Below are positions 10,402 to 20,523 of a stretch of 64,000 bases of DNA, piece by piece; the first letter of the stretch is position 1, and each line of letters begins with the position of its first letter. Below the pieces are notes generated by a model, which saw only the letters and a program-made list of their open reading frames with translations, did no database searches and was not told the origin of the DNA. The stretch comes from Candidatus Methanomethylicia archaeon (lineage in GTDB: Archaea; Thermoproteota; Methanomethylicia; Culexarchaeales; Culexarchaeaceae): the NCBI GenBank assembly GCA_038727515.1, contig JAVYVS010000004.1:1-64000 (forward strand). Direction: 5' to 3'. Position numbers and translations under genes: made by a program.

Positions 10402-11331
10402 ATGTCTGTTGTTCTCAGCATGATTACCAAAAATAGTTTTTCAGAATTGAAAAATATACTTTTTGAAACCCTTAATGCTTCGCTGCAAATTCCTTATGTA
10501 CATTTCATTCTTGTTGATGATGGTAAAGATGAAACGAGCCGTGTAATAAGGGAATGGTGTAGGGAGAATGATAAGGAAATCTATGTTTTAAAGTCGAGGA
10601 AGTATGGGTATTATAGGACTACTAGGGCTACTGCAAGGCAGACTGCAATAGATTTTTTCCTTGAAAATTTCAAAAGTGAATGGCTCATGTTCCTAGATGA
10701 TGATGCAGTTTTAAATCCTGGATGGTGGGAGGAGGCTAGAATCCATATTGTGGATGAGAGGGTTGGATTGATTTGGGGTTTAAACTATGATGCTTTACCC
10801 ACTCGTAAAAGGTATTTGGATATGCTAGGGATAGATTACGTTGCATATTTAAAGAAGCAGTTTGAAGTTAGAGGGGGAACTCATGATACGTTGCTGCGTA
10901 GGAAAGCAATAGAAGGTATAAGAATTCCTCCTGCACTGCATATTTTTGAGGATGCCTATATTAAGCGTTGGGTTGAATATAAAGGTTGGGAGTGTAGAAT
11001 ATTATCTTCCGGCGTCTGCCATAAAAATCCTGGTCGTGAACCAGGCATGCAAACCTTGAAGCTCATGGCTGAATGGGGACTTAAACTTGGCTTGGAGGAC
11101 CCAAAATATAAAAACAGATTTTTTGGCTTCTACGCATTAGCCAGATCCACAGCAGGCTTCCCCTTAACCATACTCCTCTATATAAAGAGGGATGGAGTGA
11201 AGGGAGTTTCGGAGGGCATGAAAAGGGCGAAGACAAAATGGCTTTATAGACTTCTCCTATGGTTATACTCCTTAAGGATAAAGCCCCCTACAAATTTCAG
11301 CGAGGTACTGGAAAAATATGCTGACTCTTAA
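10402..11331 (+). CDS. Glycosyltransferase family 2
   Basis: ILVDDG, FLDDD (DXD) and FED motifs. Confidence 0.85.
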   Translation: MSVVLSMITKNSFSELKNILFETLNASLQIPYVHFILVDDGKDETSRVIREWCRENDKEIYVLKSRKYGYYRTTRATARQTAIDFFLENFKSEWLMFLDDDAVLNPGWWEEARIHIVDERVGLIWGLNYDALPTRKRYLDMLGIDYVAYLKKQFEVRGGTHDTLLRRKAIEGIRIPPALHIFEDAYIKRWVEYKGWECRILSSGVCHKNPGREPGMQTLKLMAEWGLKLGLEDPKYKNRFFGFYALARSTAGFPLTILLYIKRDGVKGVSEGMKRAKTKWLYRLLLWLYSLRIKPPTNFSEVLEKYADS

Positions 11332-11349
11332 CGTTAACCGTGAAACTAG

Positions 11350-12222
11350 GTGTTTAGTTTTATGATTAACCTATTGAAAGGTATTACAACCACCTTGAGT
11401 ACTATGGGCTTCAACATGCTTTTTAGAGAAGTTTTGAGGAGGATTTTTGGTGTGAAATATTATTATCATAATGTCCCAGTAAATTCTACTGTTACTTTTA
11501 GGTTTTTACGTAGTCTTGTGGCTAAAGGGTATCATGTTTATGGTTTTGGCAATGAATTCGTTGTCCATACTCCATTTGGCGATTTTGTTACAGATTTTGC
11601 AGACATAGATCTTCTTTACGGTCTACTTGAACCGCTTGAAGAAATGTATAGCGATGTTGATGTTAAAGATGCCATTGTTATCGATATTGGAGCATATATT
11701 GGTGACACCTCACTCTTATTCCTATCTAAAGGTGCTTTACGCGTCTATGCACTGGAGCCTGTAGACAGGCATTATCATTATCTGCTTAAAAACATTTCTA
11801 AAAATAATTCTGAGGGGAAAATAATACCATTAAACTATGGAGCGTGGTTTTATGAAGCTAATCTCGACATAAGCTATGAAGGCCCTGCAACAGGGTTACA
11901 TATGCCTGCAAAAACATCCTCCACTATAAAGTTAAAGCATTTAGGAGATATTTTGAGGGAAATCCATAGAAGGGAGGGAAGAATAGACTTAGTAAAAATG
12001 GACTGTGAAGGATGCGAATATTCATTAATCAACTTACCTGACAATGATATAAGATTAGCCAAACAATACATTATAGAAATTCACGGTTCAGAAACTCCAA
12101 TAATAGATAAAATGATGAAAAGCGGTTACAAAACAAAATTTATAAAGAATTTAACCGATATGATAACAATATACAATTTTACATATGAAAATTCTAATGA
12201 AATTAACAGTCTTAACACATGA
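11350..12222 (+). CDS. FkbM-family methyltransferase
   Basis: VIDIGAYIG, ALEP, LVKMDCEGCE, IIEIH. Confidence 0.9.
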   Translation: MFSFMINLLKGITTTLSTMGFNMLFREVLRRIFGVKYYYHNVPVNSTVTFRFLRSLVAKGYHVYGFGNEFVVHTPFGDFVTDFADIDLLYGLLEPLEEMYSDVDVKDAIVIDIGAYIGDTSLLFLSKGALRVYALEPVDRHYHYLLKNISKNNSEGKIIPLNYGAWFYEANLDISYEGPATGLHMPAKTSSTIKLKHLGDILREIHRREGRIDLVKMDCEGCEYSLINLPDNDIRLAKQYIIEIHGSETPIIDKMMKSGYKTKFIKNLTDMITIYNFTYENSNEINSLNT

Positions 12223-12256
12223 TAGAAATAATTTTAAAATAACTATAAATTGAGAT

Positions 12257-13144
12257 TTAATTATTTTTGGTTAACTCACCCTTCATAACATCTAAAGCTT
12301 GGTTAAGTCCTCTTGGTTTTGTATTGAGTAAAGCTTTAGCTTTACTTACGTCTAGCGATGAATCTCTGGGCCTCTTAGCCTTCCACTGCATTTCATCGAT
12401 TTTAATTGGTTTAATTAAATTTTTATCCAAGTTAAAAACTTGGCTTAGCTTTATTGCAAATTCATATCTACTAACTCTATCAGCTCCTGCTGTATGGAAT
12501 ATTCCAGTTATTTTCCTCTCGGCAATATCCAAAAGCATTTCGGCTAGATTTGTGTTAAAGGTAGGTGAAACATATTGATCTATTAAAACTCTTACTTCTC
12601 TTCCCTCCCTCAAGTTGTTTATTAACCATGTAGCAAAATTTTGTTTGTGGGCTGGACCCCAGCCATAGATTACACTCGTTCTAGCGATACACCAGTCCTC
12701 AACATATTCTTTAACGAATTCTTCACCCTTCAATTTTGTATAACCGTAGTAGTTTATGGGATTAGGTTTATCCTCTTCTTTGTAAAGTCCTTTTTCACCA
12801 TCAAAAACATAATCGGTGGATACATAGATTAAATGAGAGTTTGCATCTGCAGATGCCATGGCCAAGTACTTTGTTGTTTCTGCATTTACTTTCCAAGCTA
12901 AATCTCGATTAATCTCACATCCATCTACATTTGTGTATGCTGCTGTATGAATAATAACATCTGGTCTTCTTTCAAAGATAATCTTTCGTAATTTCTCATA
13001 TTCAGTTAAATCAAGTTGGATTGGAACTCCTAAAGTTACCATATGTTCCTTATAAACTGCGTAGACTTCGTGGCCTCTCTTTAAGGCTAATTGAACCACT
13101 CTGTTTCCTAGAAGTCCGCTAGCGCCCGTTACCAGAATCTTCAT
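12257..13144 (-). CDS. rfbD: dTDP-4-dehydrorhamnose reductase
   Basis: MKILVTGASGLLG, STDYVFDG, YGYTKLKGE, AKRP. Confidence 0.93.
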   Translation of the reverse strand: MKILVTGASGLLGNRVVQLALKRGHEVYAVYKEHMVTLGVPIQLDLTEYEKLRKIIFERRPDVIIHTAAYTNVDGCEINRDLAWKVNAETTKYLAMASADANSHLIYVSTDYVFDGEKGLYKEEDKPNPINYYGYTKLKGEEFVKEYVEDWCIARTSVIYGWGPAHKQNFATWLINNLREGREVRVLIDQYVSPTFNTNLAEMLLDIAERKITGIFHTAGADRVSRYEFAIKLSQVFNLDKNLIKPIKIDEMQWKAKRPRDSSLDVSKAKALLNTKPRGLNQALDVMKGELTKNN

Positions 13145-13145
13145 T

Positions 13146-14147
13146 TTACCACTTAAGTTTCCAAGGTGTAGGATGGAGGACATTTTCCGTTGCTAATGGC
13201 TTCCACCACCATTCATTATTAACATACCATTCTATAGTCATTCTTAGGCCTTCTTGGAAGCTATGTTTAGGTTTCCAGCATAATTGATTTCTAATCTTAG
13301 AAGAGTTAAGGCTATATCTTACATCATGACCAGGTCTATCCTCGACAAAGGTTATTAAACTTTCAGATTTACCCATCATATTTAATATCATTCTTACAAC
13401 ATCTATATTTCTAAGCTCATTTCCAGCTGATACATTGTAGATTTCCCCACTTTCCCCCTTCTCAAGTAGGAGATCTATAGCTTCACAAAAATCTTGAACA
13501 TATATCCAGTCCCTAATGTTTTGGCCTCTTCCATAAAGTGGAATTGAATAGTTAAGAAGGGCTCTGATAATAGTTTTTGGAATTAACTTCTCAGGGAATT
13601 GATACGGCCCATAATTGTTTGTACACCTTACTATAAGTAGGTCTAAGTTGTAAGTTCTATGGTAGGAGAGGCATAGCATGTCAGCAGCAGCTTTTGACGC
13701 TGCATAGGGAGAGGAGGGCTTAAGCCTATCTTCCTCACTAAAGGAGCCTTCAAGTATGTCACCATAAACTTCATCAGTACTTACATGAATAAGTCTAACA
13801 TCCCTACCATAGCTTCTCATGGCTTCAAGAATGGAGAGAACACCTTCAACATTACTTTTAAGGAAAGGCCAAGGATTGGCTATACTACGATCGACATGGG
13901 TTTCCGCTGCAAAGTTAACTATAGCATCAACATTTTTAATTAATCTCTTCATCATACTTTTATTGGCAATATCACCCTTAATGAACCTATAACGGTTATC
14001 GAACTCATAATCTTTCAAATTTGAAGGGTTAGAACCATAGGATAAATTGTCAACATTAATAATTTCAATATCATTATAATTGGTGAGAACATATCTTATG
14101 AAATTACTTCCAATAAAGCCTAGCCCACCGGTAATTAAAATCTTCAT
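13146..14147 (-). CDS. rfbB: dTDP-glucose 4,6-dehydratase
   Basis: GGLGFIGSN, AAETHVDRS, STDEVYG, PYAASKA, QFPEKLIP, DRPGHDVRY. Confidence 0.96.
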   Translation of the reverse strand: MKILITGGLGFIGSNFIRYVLTNYNDIEIINVDNLSYGSNPSNLKDYEFDNRYRFIKGDIANKSMMKRLIKNVDAIVNFAAETHVDRSIANPWPFLKSNVEGVLSILEAMRSYGRDVRLIHVSTDEVYGDILEGSFSEEDRLKPSSPYAASKAAADMLCLSYHRTYNLDLLIVRCTNNYGPYQFPEKLIPKTIIRALLNYSIPLYGRGQNIRDWIYVQDFCEAIDLLLEKGESGEIYNVSAGNELRNIDVVRMILNMMGKSESLITFVEDRPGHDVRYSLNSSKIRNQLCWKPKHSFQEGLRMTIEWYVNNEWWWKPLATENVLHPTPWKLKW

Positions 14148-14164
14148 TTACATAGCCTCCATGT

Positions 14165-14713
14165 TTATTTATGTGGTGGATAAAACCAGTCCCAAGGTTT
14201 TCCTACTCTTGGATCATCCCTTTTACCATTAATGGCTATGGGTATTATTTTTGGATCATTCCATGGTCTACGTTCTTCATCTGGATTAGCATAATCATAT
14301 AACCTATTAACAAAATATATGTGGCAGGCAGTATTTGGACTTACAACTTTAAATCCATGCCAGTAGTGTCCTGGGATCCTCAATATTTGGGGTCTTTCAG
14401 CATCTAAAACCACTTCTAATAAATGGCCTTTGGTTGGTGAATTTTCAGCATCATCATAAGCACAAACCTTTATAGAGCCAATAATTGTTAAGAAGTAATC
14501 TACTTGTCCACGGTTATGTCTATGCCATGCACGTACAATACCAGGATAAGTCACAGATAGATTGGCTTGTACAATGTTATCTTCACCTAGCAAATCCTTC
14601 CAATCCAATCTCATAATCTCCATAAATGCACCACGTTCATCTGGTAGACGGGCTACATCCACTAATTTAACTCCTGGGAGAGGTAAATCCCTAACAGAAG
14701 TTAATAATGGCAT
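14165..14713 (-). CDS. rfbC: dTDP-4-dehydrorhamnose 3,5-epimerase
   Basis: DERGAFME, VRAWHRH, IPGHYWHGF, WNDP. Confidence 0.9.
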   Translation of the reverse strand: MPLLTSVRDLPLPGVKLVDVARLPDERGAFMEIMRLDWKDLLGEDNIVQANLSVTYPGIVRAWHRHNRGQVDYFLTIIGSIKVCAYDDAENSPTKGHLLEVVLDAERPQILRIPGHYWHGFKVVSPNTACHIYFVNRLYDYANPDEERRPWNDPKIIPIAINGKRDDPRVGKPWDWFYPPHK

Positions 14714-14767
14714 AACATATCACATTAACATAATATTTACCTTAAACCAATTTAAAAGTTTACATAA

Positions 14768-15832
14768 CTAAACAATTATTTCCGAATAATCACCAACATT
14801 CAATTTAATAGTTTTCACAGTATCCTCATTCCTCATTATTTTTGTGTATCTTCCTATTAGGCCCTCCCTCAACCTCTCTACACCTTTAATCATTGCTCCT
14901 TTAAGTATTACACAGTAATCTATTTCACTATTAATTATCTTTACTTCTTCACCTATACTTGTGTATGGTCCAATATATGAATTCTCAATTAAACTATTTC
15001 CACCTATGATTGCTGGTCCCCTAATAGTGCTATTAATTATTTTAGCCCCCTCATCTATGGTGACCCTACCCTCCACCTTTGAATTTATTATTTCACCTTT
15101 AATATCCCTTTTAATTCTCTCATCCAATATCAATGCATTAGCATAAAGTATATCATCCTTCTTACCAGTATCAAGCCACCATCCATCAATAACATCATAA
15201 CCAACCTTATATCCACGTTGAATCATTAATTGAAGTGTATCTGTTATCTCCAATTCACCTCTCCAACTAGGCTTCAAATCCTTAATAACATCAAACACCA
15301 CTGGTTTAAAGAAGTATATGCCTACAATAGCGTATTTACTTGGCGGAATCTTAGGTTTCTCAATAAGTCTAATAAGTTTACCCTTCTCATCAATTTCAGC
15401 CACACCAAATCTAGTTGGATCTTCAACCTCCTTCAACAATATAAATGCATCAAAATCCCCAGACAAAAACTTCTCCAAAGGCTTCCTAATACCATTCTGT
15501 ATTAAATTATCCCCAAGATAAACAACAAAAGATTCATCACCAACAAACTCTCTACATAAACTCACTGCATGAGCTATGCCTAGAGGCTTACCCTGAAAAA
15601 TATATGTAACCTTAACATTAAATCTACCACCATCACCATAATACTCCCTAACCATCTCAGGGAAAATTTCACCAAGAATAATAGCTATATCACGTATACC
15701 AGCATCCCTCAAATCCTCCAAAACATACTGACTAACAGGCTTATTGGCAATGGGTATGAGCTGCTTAGGGCCACTAAAGGTTAGAGGCCTCAACCTTGTA
15801 CCAGCACCACCATGAAGAATAACACCCCTCAA
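14768..15832 (-). CDS. rfbA: Glucose-1-phosphate thymidylyltransferase (long form)
   Basis: GGAGTRLRP, PKQL, YLGDN, PSWRGELEITD, WLDTG and a beta-helix C-terminus. Confidence 0.95.
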   Translation of the reverse strand: MRGVILHGGAGTRLRPLTFSGPKQLIPIANKPVSQYVLEDLRDAGIRDIAIILGEIFPEMVREYYGDGGRFNVKVTYIFQGKPLGIAHAVSLCREFVGDESFVVYLGDNLIQNGIRKPLEKFLSGDFDAFILLKEVEDPTRFGVAEIDEKGKLIRLIEKPKIPPSKYAIVGIYFFKPVVFDVIKDLKPSWRGELEITDTLQLMIQRGYKVGYDVIDGWWLDTGKKDDILYANALILDERIKRDIKGEIINSKVEGRVTIDEGAKIINSTIRGPAIIGGNSLIENSYIGPYTSIGEEVKIINSEIDYCVILKGAMIKGVERLREGLIGRYTKIMRNEDTVKTIKLNVGDYSEIIV

Positions 15833-15991
15833 AAAACCACCTATACAATAACTACGATACAGAAATTTTAAAGGCTTTGGGAAATCTGGAATTTATGTAT
15901 GCTATAACAGGTTTGTCACTAACAATAAGGATAAATTCAATATCTACACTCTTAATCTTCCTAATATTGCTACCATTAATTTCCAGGATCT

Positions 15992-16520
15992 TTAAATTAT
16001 ATCTTCAATGATCATTAGTTTAAATTTGATATCATCATTTACCTCAGATATTTCAACTTCCTCCACAATCCCTTTAATCATATTTTTCAAATCCCTTAGG
16101 AATATTGAGCTTAGATTTAATTCATTTGATATAGCCCTTATTGTTTCATCAATTAATGAGTAGACCTCCCCTTCACATGTATTCCTCACTCCTAGTATCT
16201 CTTAGTGTTTTGAAGATCTCCCTTATAGATTCTCCAGAGGCTTCATATATTTCATCATCTGTTATTGGGAAGTTTTCTGGTTTACCATTTAAACATGCAG
16301 TATACCTTATCAAGTGTCTTATTGAATGATATAGATGTGATATACTTCTAATGTATTCTTCATGGAAATACTTCTCCACAGCTAAACTTAAAGCTACAAA
16401 TATTGATCTCCTAAGAACATGCTTAGTGTGTTCAGTTATCTTTAATGATTGGTAAGTTCCATCATCAATAATTATAACGCTATACTTTAACATGAAGCTT
16501 AATGGATCGCCCCATTTCAA
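15992..16520 (-). pseudogene. Frameshifted fragment, possibly nucleotidyltransferase/HEPN-like
   Basis: Two overlapping same-strand ORFs (16173-16520 and 15992-16189), predicted helical (SISHLYHSIRHLIRY). The family call is tentative. Confidence 0.3.
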
Positions 16521-16935
16521 ATAATCTTTTCAATTTTTCTATGCTCATGAATACCATAAATATATAAGGAGTCATGCAACAATAACTCAGAAGAATTAAA
16601 TTAACAGAGCATCAAGACTTGAGTCTAAAGATCCTTCAACATTTTAGGGATAGAATATCCCTAAGAGCTTGGACATTGGCTTAACACTTTCAGTTATTGA
16701 CTTCATGTTCTCTGTGTTGCAACCCCCTCAACTCTATTCATGCCCTCGAGCACCTAGGATATGCGTAAACGACCACTAGAGGTAGCATAAGCATGCCGGC
16801 AGGTAGATCCGGTTATGTCTTTTGCTGAAAGAGTTAATGTGATGCTGTCAGTTACTGGGCAGCAATCTACAATGGTCGCCCTACTGCTTTCTCTTTAAGA
16901 GTTCTAAAACTTCAGATAAAATATGACCCATAATT

Positions 16936-17623
16936 TCACGTGTTAAAGGGTGCAGCTACGCGCATTTTAAGTATTTTCCATAGTTTATGCTCTCGTATGC
17001 TCAGTATAGCTTTCTTGAGGAAGGGCATGTCGAATGTATCAGGTATAGCCTTGGTTCTTCTACCCAAAATCATGGAATATAAAGCTATATTTGAAAGGTC
17101 GGTTGGCTCCCATTTGGCTGGCTTAACAGCCTTTAGGAAGATCCCTGGAGCTTCATGATCTCTCTTTAGCACCTTTACATCAAAATCCGAGAATATCATC
17201 TTCATATCTTCCAATTCGTACCTCCAAAAGTCATATGGGAATGAGTGGTATGGGAAGCCCTTAGAGCGAGTCGTGATATATATATATATAGCCGTTAGAC
17301 TTAAGGACGGCTTTCATATTATACACTACAAGCCTCCAGTTTTTGACGTGCTCAAGTAGCTCCGTCGCTATAACTACGTCGAAACTTTCCTCGCCAAAGT
17401 ACTTCAATACGTTTTCTGCAGGTAAAATTAGGTCAACAAACTTACCAGGTTCAATGTCTATACCTATATATTCCCTCGGCTTAAGAAAACGCTCTATGAA
17501 GGGCCTAACACTACCGTTAATATACTTGGAACCTACTTCAAGAATTCTTTTGTCTCTAAACTCCTCGAGCTCAACGTGTTCGATGAAGAATTCAATTACC
17601 GCTACATTACACATAGAGCACAC
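16936..17623 (-). pseudogene. Class I SAM methyltransferase split by a frameshift in a (TA)n tract; possibly phase-variable
   Basis: N-half has ILEVGS, IGIDI and TELLEHV. The reading frame continues TTRSKGFPYHSFPYDFWRYELEDMK if the TA tract loses two or gains one unit. Confidence 0.85.
17276..17290. repeat. (AT)7.5 microsatellite inside a methyltransferase gene
   Basis: GTG-ATATATATATATATA-GCC read directly from the sequence. Confidence 0.95.
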
Positions 17624-18338
17624 CTATTCCAGCCCATTTTTGGTTCCAATTCTTAACTATCTCACGATACTTATAGCTTTGCTTTACTTCATTCCAAAAC
17701 TTACTTACTTCGCAACATGTCTCAGGAGGATGTTCTACTATGTCATGGAATGCTATTATCCCACCTTTCCTAATCAACGGTGAGTACATTTCAAAGTCCT
17801 TCTTAACACCTTCATAAGTATGGTCCCCATCTATGAAGAGGAAGTCCAGCTGAGCATCTCCTAAAATCTCTTTAACCTTCTCTAAAGTGTTCAAGTCGTG
17901 AGAATCTGCTCTTAACAATTCGATTCTCTGAGTCGCATATCTGGCAAAAGATTTATAAAAAGGTATCTTCCAAGCAGGATATCCCCCTCCAAATTGACCT
18001 CCTGGCAAGTCTATGCTTATTAGTAGAGCATCAGACCTTGCTACCTGAGCAAATAAGAAAAGTGTACCACCTCCAGCAGTCCCTATCTCCACTATATTTT
18101 TGGGATTCACGCTCTTAAGAATTTTCAGTAGTTCCATTATCTCCTCTTTAACTTGGTAAGGTCTTATTTTTATCCCATTAAACTTGAGGGGAAAGCTAAA
18201 GTTAAAGGCAAGTTCGATCAACTCATCTATTTTTTCGCACGCGTTTGCTTCTCTTCGTAACTTTAATAAACTAAGCCTTGAGGGGATTGTTGTAGAATAG
18301 ATTAAGCCAATAAAGAGTTTGGTAATGTAGCTAAACAT
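17607..18338 (-). CDS. Class I SAM methyltransferase (Methyltransf_24-like)
   Basis: IVEIGTAGGG, SIDL, FLFIDGDHTYEGVKKD, IAFHDI. Confidence 0.9.
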   Translation of the reverse strand: MFSYITKLFIGLIYSTTIPSRLSLLKLRREANACEKIDELIELAFNFSFPLKFNGIKIRPYQVKEEIMELLKILKSVNPKNIVEIGTAGGGTLFLFAQVARSDALLISIDLPGGQFGGGYPAWKIPFYKSFARYATQRIELLRADSHDLNTLEKVKEILGDAQLDFLFIDGDHTYEGVKKDFEMYSPLIRKGGIIAFHDIVEHPPETCCEVSKFWNEVKQSYKYREIVKNWNQKWAGIGVLYV

Positions 18339-18799
18339 ATAGAAAGATATTTTTTTTAGTTTTTAAGTATTTCTAAAGAGCTTAGCAATGATTCGCATCT
18401 TTTCCTGCGAATTAGATCAATAATGTTAGCCCTTAAGGTTCCAACAGCAGCATTAATCATGTTTTCATAAAGCTTTTTACCTTATACACAGTTTCAATAG
18501 CTATACTTATGCTTTCGAGGTCTATAGGATTAACTAAAAAACCATTATAGCCATCAATGGTAATATCAAACGAGCGTTTATCCGTAGTTACCATAAGGGC
18601 ACCATTCACTATAGTATCAAACAAAATTCCTCCGATGCTTTGATGACATCTTCAAGCACATTTAATGCGTTTACAAGTCCTTTAAGTGATTCTTTAGTCT
18701 TAAACTGAAGAGCATGGTTACCTAGATAACTAATTAGTTTTGGTTTAACTCATGGAATGGCTCTGATGATTAGTTGTGGGAATTTAAATGGTGTCAGGT

Positions 18800-18919
18800 T
18801 TAATGCTCTTATAGAGCCATCCTTAACTCTATTCAGTATCTTATGTATGATTCCTCCCAGCGGCTCCTCTTATAAAGAACTTCAAGGATTATGTTAGTAT
18901 CTATCAGATAGGCTGTACT
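18800..18919 (-). pseudogene. Truncated PIN/VapC toxin remnant
   Basis: AYLIDTNIILEVLYKRSRWEESY/KILNRVKDG overlaps the antitoxin 3' end; no clear start and the frame breaks. Boundaries approximate. Confidence 0.65.
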
Positions 18920-19175
18920 TCCTTCTGAGCGCTTTAACAAGATCCTCACCACTCCACTCATAATCTGATGGTAAGCCTAAGCCAACTATGGCATCCACTG
19001 TACCTGAAGCCAAATCACATTTAGATTTAAGCTTCCTCTCTATCATATCTGCTATAACCTTAGAGAGGGAGCCTCTCCTAAACCCATACTTCTCAGCAAC
19101 ATACCGACGAAACCTCTCAGCCAACCACCTTGGAAGCTCAACCTTAATTACTTCAACATCCCCCGTAGAGACCAA
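18894..19175 (-). CDS. Ribbon-helix-helix-type antitoxin (orphaned)
   Basis: VIKVELPRWLAERFRRYVAEKYG..GSLSKVIADMI; lies upstream of the PIN remnant. Confidence 0.65.
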   Translation of the reverse strand: MVSTGDVEVIKVELPRWLAERFRRYVAEKYGFRRGSLSKVIADMIERKLKSKCDLASGTVDAIVGLGLPSDYEWSGEDLVKALRRKYSLSDRY

Positions 19176-19373
19176 AGTACTTTAGTACTTAAGACCATAA
19201 AAAACTTTACTACTCTCAAACACTTATATGATGCTCCAAAGCATCAGGATCATAGTTATACACATAAGAGTTTCTCAAACTCTTATGTATAATAGGCATT
19301 ATACATAACAATTCACCACTTTTTAACCAGTTACATCGAGCATCGTCTTCTTGCATACAACCCTAGCCCAATA

Positions 19374-19772
19374 CTATTTCCAGATTCTGCGCACCCAATC
19401 CACCCCATCAAAGTCTCTATCATTTGTGTAGATTTCAGTAACATTATTCTTCTTCATCACCTGTAGTGTAAGAGCATCAACGAAATCTAAGCCGTATTTC
19501 TCCATATCCAACGCTGCATCCAGCATCTCCCTCCACGAGGTTTCAACCTTCCTCATCGTCACATAGGAGTTTAAGGCTACTAGAAACTTCTCTACTTCCT
19601 TCCGCCTATTATTGTATTCGAGCCATTCCACAACCTCCTGTATTATGGATGTGCTCGTTATAGCCTCCTCCCCATCCTCAATTCTTTTAAGTATGCTTTT
19701 AGAGGTGAGGTAGTCCTCTTTCGGAGATTTAACGAGGACATATATGAATACATTTGCATCTACAAACCTCAC
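19374..19772 (-). CDS. vapC: PIN-domain toxin
   Basis: MRFVDANVF, IIQEV, LDFVDAL, IYTNDRDFD. Confidence 0.9.
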   Translation of the reverse strand: MRFVDANVFIYVLVKSPKEDYLTSKSILKRIEDGEEAITSTSIIQEVVEWLEYNNRRKEVEKFLVALNSYVTMRKVETSWREMLDAALDMEKYGLDFVDALTLQVMKKNNVTEIYTNDRDFDGVDWVRRIWK

Positions 19773-20038
19773 CCTTCACCCCTCCCCAACTTACCCTCAA
19801 GCCTAGCTGCAACAGCCCTCTTAAGCCCCTCTTTAATAGGCTCCCCCACGGGTACCCCCCCGGTAAGGCCATCAAGTAATTCTGTAGGATTTAAGACCGT
19901 CTTCGGCGGGAGTAGGATTATGCACCCCCCACGCACCTCCAAAGTTAAAGTATCCCCCTCCCTAACCCCCAACATCTCCCTAACCTCAATTGGAATAGTT
20001 ATCTTCCCCTTCTGAAGCACCTTTACTTGAACACCCAT
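19769..20038 (-). CDS. vapB: AbrB-family antitoxin
   Basis: KVLQKGKITIPIEVREMLGVREGD. ATG at 20038 follows GGTGA; GTGA overlap with vapC. Confidence 0.85.
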   Translation of the reverse strand: MGVQVKVLQKGKITIPIEVREMLGVREGDTLTLEVRGGCIILLPPKTVLNPTELLDGLTGGVPVGEPIKEGLKRAVAARLEGKLGRGEG

Positions 20039-20523
20039 ATATATCACCCATAAAGATGCTCCCACAGGGAAATATTTAAATGTATCCACAATGATGCTTA
20101 AAATCAAATAGGCCCAAGGAGAATAACATATTTGAGAATCCTCCTAACAAACATAAATCCCTTAACTAAATAACATGCTCATTATACTTATGAATCCCTT
20201 TCCGGAATCACCTCACGAAGATCATGATCAATAAATATTGAGAGATCCTTGGCTGATAACTTAGCTATCTCCATTGCCCTACTCACTTGATAGGAAAACA
20301 TACATCATCCATAAGTTGTGCTATAGCATGGAAAAAAAACAGTGAAGATACAGTTATAGACAATGAAACTAGAATGCTGCAAGCCTTATACCACTACATC
20401 ATAAAAGCCTAGCGTACGTTTCACAGAAGATAGGAAACAATATTGAACAAAGCTAGCGAGAAAGTGTCAGGGAGAAGAACTATGGAAAGGATAAAAATGA
20501 TGAAAGAAGAATGTAGAAAAGAA

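Noticed and set aside
19790-19990. GC-rich patch as a tRNA or structured RNA
   Set aside because: Lies within the AbrB antitoxin coding sequence; no cloverleaf or T-loop motif.
20160-20520. Possible glycosyltransferase remnant
   Set aside because: Only a faint VIDNET-like fragment; too degraded to support.
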